From the human T2T-CHM13v2.0 reference genome, Homo sapiens: a stretch of DNA of 64,000 bases. The position numbers and the translations under genes were made by a program. The stretch's first letter is position 1. The number at the start of each line of letters is the position of its first letter. The notes beneath the pieces were generated by a model that did no database searches, was not told the DNA's origin, and saw only the letters and a list, made by a program, of their open reading frames with translations. Of the stretch, positions 13,106 through 23,220 are shown piece by piece. Location of the stretch: NCBI RefSeq assembly GCF_009914755.1, contig NC_060931.1. One strand, written 5' to 3'.

Positions 13106-14237
13106 CTTCATGGATTTATCTACCTTTGGTCTTTGATGTTCCTGACCTTTGGATGGGGTCTCTGAGTGGACGTCCTTTTTGCTGATGTTGCTACTATTCC
13201 TTTCTGTTTGTTAGTTTTCCCTCTGACAGTCAGGCCCCTCTTCTGCAGGTCAGCTGGAGTTTGCTGGAGGTCCACTCCAGACCCTGTTTGCCTGGGTATC
13301 ACCAGCAGAGGCTGCAGAACAGCAAAGATTGCTGCCTGTTCCTTTCTCTGGAAGCTTTGTCCCAGAAGGGCACCCAACAGATGCCAGCTAGAGCTCTTCT
13401 GTATGAGGTGTCTGTCGGCCCCTACTGGGAGATATTTCCTAGTCAGGATACATGGGGGTCAGGGACCCACTTAAGGAGGTGGCCTGTCCCTAATCAGAGC
13501 TTGAACACTGTGCTGGGAGATCCGTTGCTGTCTTGAGAGCTGTCAGGCAGGGATATTTAAGTCTGCTGAAGCTGTGCCCACAGCTGCCCCTTTGCCCAGG
13601 TGCTCTGTCCCAGGGAGATGGGGGTTTTATATAATTCCCTGACAGGGGCTGCTGCCTTTTTTTCAGAGATACCCTGCCTAGAGAGGCAGTCTGGCCGCAG
13701 CAGCCTTGCTGAGCTGCAGTGGGCTCTGCCCAGTTAGAACTTCCTGGTGGCTTTGTTTGCACTGTGAGGGTAAAACCACCTACTCCTCCCACCAAGATTG
13801 AGCATCCCAGGTTGACTTCAGACTGCTGTGCTAGCAGCGAGAATTTCAAGCCAGTGGATCTTAGCTTGCTGGGCTCCATGGGGGTGAGACCCACCGAGCC
13901 AGGCACTGGACAGAATTTCCTGGTCTGCTAGTTGCAAAGACCATGAGAAAAGTGCAGTATCTGGGCCAGAGTGCACTGTTCTTCCTGGTATAGTCTCTCA
14001 TGGCTTCCCTTGGCTAGGAATGGGAAATCCCCTGACCCCTTGCACTTCCCGGGTGAGGCGACACCCCACCCTGCTTCAGCTTGCCTTCCGTGGGCTGCAC
14101 CCACTGTCCAACCAGTCCCAATGAGATGAACCGGGTACCTCAGCTGGAAATGCAGAAATCACCTGCCTTCTCTGTTGATCTCACTGGGAGCTGCAGACCG
14201 GAGCTGCTCCTATTCAGCCGTCTTGCCAGCAAGTCCC
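12579..14237 (-). mobile_element. L1PA7/L1PA8-type LINE-1: complete 5' UTR plus 5' part of ORF1, no ORF2 or 3' end
   Basis: Minus strand begins GGGACTTGCTGGCAAGACGGCTGAATAGGAGCAGCTCCGGTCTGCAGCTCCCAG (L1PA6-8 5' end). The ORF1p N-terminus is recognisable. Homology stops at about 12579. Confidence 0.93.
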
Positions 14238-14349
14238 AGGGATTCACTTGGCTTTTACTCAAAAACTTAGGACAGCAGAAATTGTTGCCACCCCTCAGTA
14301 TCTATTATTCCTTTCTGTCTGTTAGTATTACAACTCCCTCCATGGGTTT

Positions 14350-14643
14350 TAGTAGTATTCCACTACAGCCTGTGTAATTAGGTGGAAGTGTTGTGTACAA
14401 CTTCTGGGACATGCCTTTCTCCTGCCTTTGGCAGCTGGAACAAACCCTGATACAGGTGGAAGGCTGTATAGAGGATGGTTGAGCTGTACCTTTGATACCT
14501 GAGAGTACTCATGGAGCAGAGCTGCCTACAGCCCTGGACTGTCCACCTACTTCTAGTCTGTTATAAAAATAAATGTCTGTCATATTTGAGCCACTGAATT
14601 TTAAAGTCTTTTCATTTGTAGCTTAACCTAGAATCTAACTAAA
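14350..14643 (+). mobile_element. MLT1-family MaLR LTR fragment
   Basis: GAGCAGAGCTGCC...AAATAAATGTCTGTCATATTTGAGCCACTG...CTAACTAA resembles the MLT1 3' end. Confidence 0.55.
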
Positions 14644-15819
14644 ATTCCTAGCTAAAAACATAACAAATTTATTTTTTAAGGATATAGATGAATGTGGCAG
14701 GATGGCAGGTCAGCAGACTTTATTTTGTAGGAACTTCTAGCACAGTTTTTTCTCTAATCTGAATACCTTTTGGTGAGATTTACTCTCATTTCCCCACAAT
14801 CCATACTAAGTCTTATTTTCTTAGATCTACCGAATTCACACATTTGTCTTATCCTTCTGGCTTCTGTGGACATTTCAGCTTGTTTCTGGGAACAATACAA
14901 ACCAATTTTTTGCAAGTTGGAGACTCTCATTTATTTTCCCCATATGATAATCAGCATAATTTCTTAGCGTCCTGTAGCCCAGACGTGATGACTTAGATCA
15001 GATCATACCACTTATGACATTGACTGGGCCCTGAGAATAAATGCCTGAGAATGGAGTGCTGCTGGGACCATCGTGATACCGGTTGACCATGCCAGATCTA
15101 GCTTGCTTATGTTCCTGGGGAAAGCAGATAAGAAAACAAATTTAGTGGGGTTCATGGGGGGATGAAGATAAAAAGTGTCACAGCCCAGGAAGCAAAAGAG
15201 CCTTGGGATTTTTCCCTGGACATGACAGGGACACTGCTTAATGAAGCCTGAGAACTCAGATATTTCAGTTCCTTAAACCAGCATCCAGTGAAAGTTAAAA
15301 AGCCAATTTTATAACTGAAAAAGAAGTGATTTTTCTTCGAAGTTTCCGTTCATCTTGACTTTTGTCACAGTGTTTCAGAAAGAACTGTGGATATGAGAAG
15401 TTTAGGTCGGGGCCTTTGGAAACCTTGGGCAGAGTGGCTGGCAGGGCCCAGGAGGTCTAATGGGTTATGATAGGAAATTACATGTGGAGGGGAGCGGGGG
15501 CAGAGTGGGGAGTCTCAGCTATATCTGGACCTGGTAATAGAAACCATGAAGTTTGGAAACTAAAAGTCAAAGCGAGTATGAGTTGATGCAGGATGCAAAG
15601 TTACCTAAAGCAGAGTTCAGCAAAATTGAAGCCTCTAGTAAGCTGCTGTGGAAATCTGACTAAGAAAGTGGCAACAGGCATCAAAACATCAGCACGACAA
15701 AGAGAAACTGTTAGGGACATCTGCCTGGCTTAACGGAGGCTCACATCCCACAGAGTGGCTCACCCAGGCCGGAGTGGATGAGAAATGGGCTGTGGGTTTA
15801 AAATGGTCTAGAATGGCAC

Positions 15820-15990
15820 GTCTCAAAATTTCTTCCAGAATCACCAGGGATGTTTGTTCAACATACAGGTTTTGGGGCCCTCACTTAAAATGGATTAATT
15901 GCAATATCCTGGGACCAAAGCCAGGAACTGCATTTTTAATGAGTTCCCTAGGTAATTTGAGAGTCAATAATACTCGAGATGAGTTTGACC
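15820..15990. mobile_element. MER5-family hAT MITE, degenerate
   Basis: AGAATCACCAGGG...CCAGGAACTGCATTTTTAATGAGTTCCCTAGGTAATT. Confidence 0.45.
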
Positions 15991-16029
15991 AGAGAGCACC
16001 AATCTGCTCTGAAGCTCTAGGATGTTGTG

Positions 16030-16400
16030 AACATTTGTGAGCCTTCTACTATGTATTGGGAATACAATGATGAATACGACATTACAGTGGGGGACCAGAA
16101 AAATAAATGAAGAATTTCAATACAATAGTAGAGATAGGTAGAAGATGCTATGGGGCCTTGGCTAAGGATGATGGGGAAAGCTTCGCAGAGCAGGTCATGT
16201 TTGACCAGGGTATTAAAGACAAAGGGGAATTTTCCAAAGAAAGAAGAACCATTCCCAGCATGTACTGGGTGGAGATGGAAGTGCATGGAAACTGAAAGGC
16301 AGCAGCTGGGGCAGTGAGCCCAGGGAAGCCAGATCTTGAAGATGGTTTCAAGAGTGATGTGTGGAAGAATGGATGCATTCTTACTGTCTTGAGAAACGTG
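16030..16400 (-). mobile_element. L2 fragment
   Basis: GGGAAAGCTTCGCAGAGCAGGTCATGTTTGACCAGG purine-rich antisense L2 pattern. Confidence 0.45.
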
Positions 16401-17034
16401 AAGAGGAAGCACCTGGGTCAGTCTTTGGAGGCTTGCAGGGTGTCTGATAGAGGAGGTCCTCTGTGCTCATGCTAGTTTCTGCCCTGTGAGAAGGTATGAT
16501 AGCGAGCAAGTTGTCAGTCTGCTGGGGGAGACAGAACGGAAACAAATATACAGAATTTTTCAAAAGTGGTTAGTGCCCTGAGGAGAATAAAGCAGTGATT
16601 TCTCTTTTTGGGAATACAGTCAGCTAGATTATTTGGACAAGCCCTCCTGCTGAAAACAAAAGCTTCTTGAAAGTATGGAAGGGCTGACAAGATCATGAAA
16701 CCAAGGGGAAACAGGAACTGGGAGAGGCAAATGGAGCAGTGGAACTTCTCATCTTGCAAACCTGAACTTCGGGAGGCAAGCCAAGGTTGAAGCTCAAGCC
16801 TACCCAGGTGGAGATGCTGAGAGGAGGCCCTCAGGATGGGATGGACCCAGCCTGCCTGTGGCTGAGATTCCCAGAGCTGCCTGCTGCCTGTCCTTCCCGA
16901 GGCTCTCTTTTTATTCAGGTCTTCCTTCTGGCTATCCAATCTCCTGCTAGTAAAAATACTTCTGTATTTTTCAAGTTGCTCACTATCAGTTTCCTTGCCT
17001 TCAACCAAAGATCCCCAATCAGCACATTCTTTTT

Positions 17035-18110
17035 CATATTTTCTCTTTTAATTTTGAAGTCATTTCAAATGTACAGAAATCTTGCAAGAAGCATATGGAG
17101 AACATTTCCCCCTCGAATCATTTTTAAGTTGCAGACCTGATACCATGACTTTGGAATATTTTAGCATGTATTTGCTACATACTAGAACATTCTTCCACAT
17201 AGACATAATACAACCATCAAAATCAAGAAATTAATATTGATTCATTAATATCATCGAAACTTCAGACCTGTGGAAGTTTCACCAGTTATCCTAATAGCAT
17301 CCTTCATAGCAAATAATGCAGCCCAAGATCATGTTTTGTGTTAACTGTCATGTCTCTTTCATCTCCTTCAGTCCAGGACCATTTCTAGTCTTCCTTGGCT
17401 ATCATGACCTTGACACTCTGGAAGATTATAGGACAATTTTAAAATTATGTAAAAATCTTGTTTCTCATCAAATTTGTATTCATCAGTTTCAGCAACAATA
17501 TGTTTCTTGGCTCAATTGTTACTATGATAATTATCATATAATGATTTTCTAATCCTATTAGTATTTCTACAGTTATCAGTTGGCATTATATTGTTGTAAG
17601 AAATAGCTTTTTCATTCATTCATTCATCTGACTCCTATTGTATTCAATGAATTGTAATCTACTGATATTACTTATTTTGGTGCTCCACATGGTTCTAGAT
17701 TTGGCCAGTGGGAGCTCTTTCAGTCTGGCTCCTGTATCCCTTTGACACATACCCATTATTCTTTGAGTTCTTCCTTACTTTCTGACATAATTTAATTTTC
17801 CAGACCCATCCTGTACTTTCCCTGTCCCGGCCCCAGAATCAGACATCTCTTCAAGTAGCACTGGTTCCTTTTAATGGGAATGGTATTTGGAAACCAAGAT
17901 CTGCACACTGGGCTTGCCCATTGCTACACACACACACACACACACGCACACACACAGATCTATATTTGTTCCTATATCTCTCCATACTGAGACCCATGCG
18001 TTTATACTAATACTTCCAATTCCAATCCAACACCACATTTGTAACCACCTTATTTAACAACAAGAAATTTGGCTCCAGTTATCCATAATATATTTCGCTG
18101 TTGGATCAAC
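17035..18110 (-). mobile_element. L1MC-type 3' UTR fragment
   Basis: TTTAATTTTGAAGTCATTTCAAATGTACAGAAATCTTGCAAGAA; TTGGCCAGTGGGAGCTCTTTCAGTCTGGCTCCTG; GGTATTTGGAAACCAAGATCTG. Confidence 0.7.
17926..17956. repeat. (CA)n microsatellite
   Basis: About 15 AC units with one CG interruption. Confidence 0.95.
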
Positions 18111-18459
18111 CAACCTGGTATGTACTCTCTCTCCTGTAGGCATCACTTTCTCCTACCCTTGCCCCATGCAGATGTGGTCCTGACCTTTCTCCTGCTCTAA
18201 ACCCCAACTCTGGGCTGCCACTGTCCCCCCTTTACCATGTGGGCCCCCACCTTACTCAGCTCAGGCTCCAGTGCTCCTCATCAAACCACCTCAGGACCCC
18301 CAACCTGTTCATGTTCCTCCTCAATGGAGGAGCCCCGTTCATCCCATTTAGGCTCCAACACCTGCTGTTGGCCATGGCCACACCCTGCCCTCCACACAGA
18401 CGCTCCAGATGCTTGCCTTGCTTGGCCCATATAATGGCTTTTGGATTGGAGTGTCTGGA

Positions 18460-18540
18460 AAGGCGGAAAGGCAGTCAGGAAAAGCAGGAAGGCAGAAAGG
18501 CAGTCAGGAAAAGCAGGAAGGTAGAAAGGCAAGCAGGAAG
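18460..18540. repeat. 29-bp purine-rich tandem repeat, about 2.7 copies
   Basis: AAGGC(G/A)GAAAGGCAGTCAGGAAAAGCAGG at 18460-18488 and 18489-18517, followed by a partial third copy. Confidence 0.9.
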
Positions 18541-21509
18541 CTGATATGTTCTTATTGGGGATAATTAGAAAAAGAGTAAACTGAGGAATATAAAAAGTTG
18601 GTAACAGAGACAGCAGAGAAGGGGTGGAAGTTAATTTAGTAAAGCCTCAGAATAAGTCAAGGAAAATGGAAACAGACCTTGGAATTGCACAGGAGGCATC
18701 GAGGAGAGAGAGGGGTGAGCTGCGTGTAAGAGGAAGGGAGATGGGGCAGTAGATGCTTTGATATGAGGTTATGATGGATGGAGTTAATCTGCATTGTTGA
18801 AGAGGGAATTTAGAGATATCCAACAAGTAGGCTGAATAGAGGTTATTTAAAACTTTTTTTTCTTATAAAATAGCCAAGTTATTCTGGGCCCTTGGGAACA
18901 TGGCAATTTCCCAGAGGCAGGATTTAGGAACTCTGAGTCATAAGGCCCATTATTGTGCAAATTTCTACAACAAAGCAAAATGAATTTATAAACATCCTAT
19001 TGAAGCTCTAGGAAAAGTAAGCAAGAAAGTTTTTAGCAAGTGAGGAATAGTACATGGAAATTAGTAATGCAGACTCACTGTTATTAATTGAAGGTATGTC
19101 AAATGTCATTTATTTCTTTTTTTTTTTTTTTTACCTTTATGTCTCAAGTGGGAGTCCCTAAGTTTCAAGCTATTTCTTTAAGGTGTCACTCCCTAATAGT
19201 TCTAAGAAATGTAATCTATGCAAAATGGCTGGCTCCAGAAATTCCTATAAAGCAGCAAGAGCCTATGAGAACATCTAATAGAAATATGACTGGTGAATAA
19301 TTTGATCTTCTTTCACAGAAGTTAACATTTTAAAAGAATTAATTTCATCACTTACATTTTAATGTTTGTTTCTATTTAAATATTTGACATTAAATTTATA
19401 TATAATGAGATTTCTAACAGCTTAATTTTATGCCATTTTCCTGTCATAAAAGGAGAGAAATGCTATTAAAACAAAAAAGAAAAGAAAAGAAACATTTTAG
19501 CTGCCTAACTATGCCCAGAAACTGGTTATGAATCAAGATGGTATATTCCTAATTAGCAGCTGTTTTATCTCCATTATTTTTCTAGTAAAAGAAAATGTAG
19601 AAATATTTTAGCTTTTACAAAGTAACTGTTTTTTTAGCCAGAATTATGAGTATTTTGTATGTTTGACATAAGTATTAAAAGAACTCTCTATTGTCACAAG
19701 GTGCTTCAGAATCTCTAAATCTAAAATTATTCTAAAAATAAAACTTATTTTAAAAAATGGTTCAGAGGACTCTAAAAGAAGAAAACACAATGGCCAAAAA
19801 TAATGTCATATCAACAGATTCACCTCATGAATTGCAAAAAGGATAAAAAGGTAGGACCAAAGTTTAGAGAAATGATGTTTCCTTGACCATGAGTCAAGCA
19901 AGTGGCAGACCACACATCCCCAATTCTCTAAGAAGGATAACATTTAAGGAAAAGACCTGAGAAGTCATGTAGTCCAACCCAACATTATGAAACCTGAGGA
20001 AACTAAAGTCCAGAGAGACTGAGGAGCTTGTCTGAGGTGAGGAACCCTTAGGACCGAGCTGGTTCTGGAGGTGAACCAGCCTCTGGGGCAGCCACTTTCC
20101 TTGTACCCCTTTGCTTCCTTAGTGAGTCTGTGCAGTTCTCCCTCTTACTCCGAATTATTCTTGGCTTTGCCTTTTTAGACTTTTAAAGTATCTTTAAAGA
20201 TATCAAGGCATAATCCATACCAATTTGAACTAATCTTGCATAATTATAAAAGAGCAGCAGAAATGAAGAGCAAGAGGAGGTTGCAGAAGGGCACCCCCTA
20301 GGATGTGTGTGTGCAGTGTGGCTGGGAGAGAATTTTCTGGTACACGGAAAGCTGGAATGTGTGTTTTTGCAGCCACTGTGTGCCCTTTCTTTTAATTAGT
20401 TGGCTTTTACTTAATAAAACAGTTTTGGCCTTGGTGCATTAAATAATAACGATTGTAATCATAATAGCCAGTGATAAACTGTATGTACATTGCATACCAA
20501 TTAAAATGCTTGTATAGTCAGATTTTTTTTAACTTTCTTTATAAAAGGGGGAAGAAAGGGGGAGAAATTTTATTCACAAAGGAATCAGGGAAGATTAAAA
20601 GCTGAGCAGAATGTAATATCTCTGAATTACCTTCTGACCTTTTTGAGGCTGCAACCAGTATGTACATGTTTTGGATTTTGTCTTTTTCTTTTTTCCTTAC
20701 TTCATATCAGGCTTCCACAGCTGGACACAGTCCCTAAGCTTATCAGATTAATGCAACCCTGATAGATCCCCATTACATTTATATCCCCTAATTTTATCAA
20801 TTGGCACTTGGATTGTTTCCAGTTTTCAGAATCTATAAACAGCCCTGCTAGGAACTTCTTTATGCAACTTACCTTTAGCTGTCGTTTAGGTTAACTCCTC
20901 ATGATGTACCTCCCAAAGTGAAATTGTAAAGTGTTGCATGTAAACATCTCCTGGTTCTCTTTTTCATATTGCGGGATTGCTCTCCAGATTGAAGCAACTT
21001 ACAATGTCAACAGTAATCGTTGTATTTTTCCACAGCATTGTGAACAGTGGGGCTTATTATTTTTATTTATTTTAACAGGAATTTGATGTCACCTCCAAGA
21101 TTTTAAAATCTGCATTCTTGAATTGTTACTGAGGCAGTGCATTTTTTATAGTTTGCCATTTTTTGCATGTATTTCTCTTTTCTGATTATAGAATAAGGCC
21201 TTACATATATGTACCAATTATGTATACAGAATGCAAAACTTCAGTTACATTTATCACATTTCCCCCATTCTGTTGCGTTTCTACTTATTTAAATAGATTT
21301 TACCATATTTTGTTTTCATTTTTATATTTATACAAATATCCATCTTTTCTCTGATGGCTTCAATATTTTCAGTATGTAGAAGAGTTTCTCCTCTCTACAG
21401 AGATTCCATATAGTTTCTCCAATTTTATTTTCATTCTTAATTGCTGAAGTCTTTAAACTCAGCAGGAATTTACTTCAGTATATTGTAATACTGGATTCAT
21501 ATCACTTTT

Positions 21510-21900
21510 TTTTCAACACAGATTTACTGTGTCCCTCCTCTGCACCCAGCTCTGTGCTAGGCATTGGTGATATTAAGAAAGGCGACATCTTCAGGGCAGT
21601 TCCAGCCCTCAGGGATCTTTCAGTCTACTGTGCTATGCTGGTGAGGTTGCAGAACTGCAGAGCTGTGTTAGGATGTTAATAAGTAGAGGAACACCAAGCA
21701 GTTTCCTAACTCAGCTGTGAGGAGTCAAGGAAAGACTCCCCCAGGAAAGGAATGTCTAATCTGAAAACTGAAAATCAAGTAGGAGTTGGCCAGGTAACAA
21801 GGAAACAGGGAGAAAGACTGTTTTAGGCAGGGGAATAGCAAATGCAAAGCCTGCAAGAAGAGCATGGTGCTTTCACAGGGAAGTAAAGAAAGAGATCAAG
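21510..21900 (-). mobile_element. L2 3' fragment
   Basis: CCAGCTCTGTGCTAGGCATTGGTGATA...CCCTCAGGGATCTTTCAGTCTA...AGGAGTTGGCCAGG...GGAATAGCAAATGCAAAG. Confidence 0.6.
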
Positions 21901-22489
21901 GGTTGAGCAGGATTGTTGTACTAAAGGTACTTTGGAAAGGTAAAAGCAAGGTCACTTTGTACTCACCTATAATTGCTGACTGCCAAAATGAATGGTTCCT
22001 AGCTTGCCACATTTTGCTACACTCAATCAATGAAGCCCTGGGATCCTCATACAAGTAACCAGCCCTAGGCAAAAATAGAGCCCTGGAGAAGTGAGGTTCA
22101 CTTCTGATGCAGCAGAATCAAAGAGAGCAGGAAAAAGAGTGGATGTTTCGTTTGTCTTGACATTTTAGCTTTCTCCAAATAAGCTCTTGAAGTTAGGGGA
22201 TCCTGTCATGACCCAGGAAGTGTCCCTACCACCATTTCTATGCCAGCAGGAAAGCCTGGACCCAAGAGAGGAAGTATAATGGACAGATGAGTGGCACCAA
22301 TACTTTCCAAGAAACTCTGAGAAATAGGCCTCTTTCTTAAGAACCTGGTGCTACAAATACTTAATTCAGTTGGCTTAAGTGAATGGGTCAGGAAGGAATT
22401 GAGATATATTTGGAATGGAGTTTTTGTCAAATTGCGAATAATTGAGCACAGATTGTAAGGCCAGGAAAGGGTAACAGAATTACTTAATT

Positions 22490-23220
22490 TTCTAGGATTT
22501 GCTTTTTTCACTCCAGATGTGTTCCTAAGATTCATCCATATTGTTGCTTACTGCTACAGTTTATTCATGTTGGCAGATATATAATATTCCATTATGTAAA
22601 TATTTTATACTTTACGTATCTACTCTCCTGTTGATGGACCTTTAGATTGCTTATGTATAGTCTGTAATTTGTATTTTCACTTTCATTAAGGTATATATTG
22701 CTAAATGAGTATTTCTAATTTTAAGATAATCATATTTATCAGTAGATTTCTTCATAGTACTTTTGTGTGTGTTCTTTCCTATTTTGAGGCCATATCTTAT
22801 CTACTTACCTATTTACCTTTTCTACTAAGTTTAAAACTTTGCTTTTAACGTTAAGCACTGAATCTACATGAACTGATTTTTTGGTATGGTGTGAAGAAAG
22901 GGTTCTATTTCATTTGTTTTTCCATGTGGATGACCACTCCTCCCAGATCCACTTATTAAACAGTCATTTCCTACACTTCCCACTGATCTGCAAAGCCACC
23001 TCTATTATCCATCAAATTTCTGTATATGCAAGAATCTCATTTTTGGGTGCTCTGTTCTATGTTATTGATCAATTTGTCTATCCCTGTATCAATGCTATGC
23101 TGATGAACTATTGCACCTTCTTAACAAATTCTGTCTGGTAGAGCACATTTCCTTTGTTTTTCCTCTTTGAAAATGCCTTAATTATTCTTGGCTCTTTATT
23201 TTTTCTTATACATTTTATGC
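22490..23220 (-). mobile_element. L1ME-type ORF2/3' fragments
   Basis: AGATTCATCCATATTGTTGC, CTCCTGTTGATGGACCTTTAGATTG, GAACTGATTTTTTGGTATGGTGTGA. More degenerate L1 probably lies at about 20770-21500 and 23540-24400. Confidence 0.6.
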
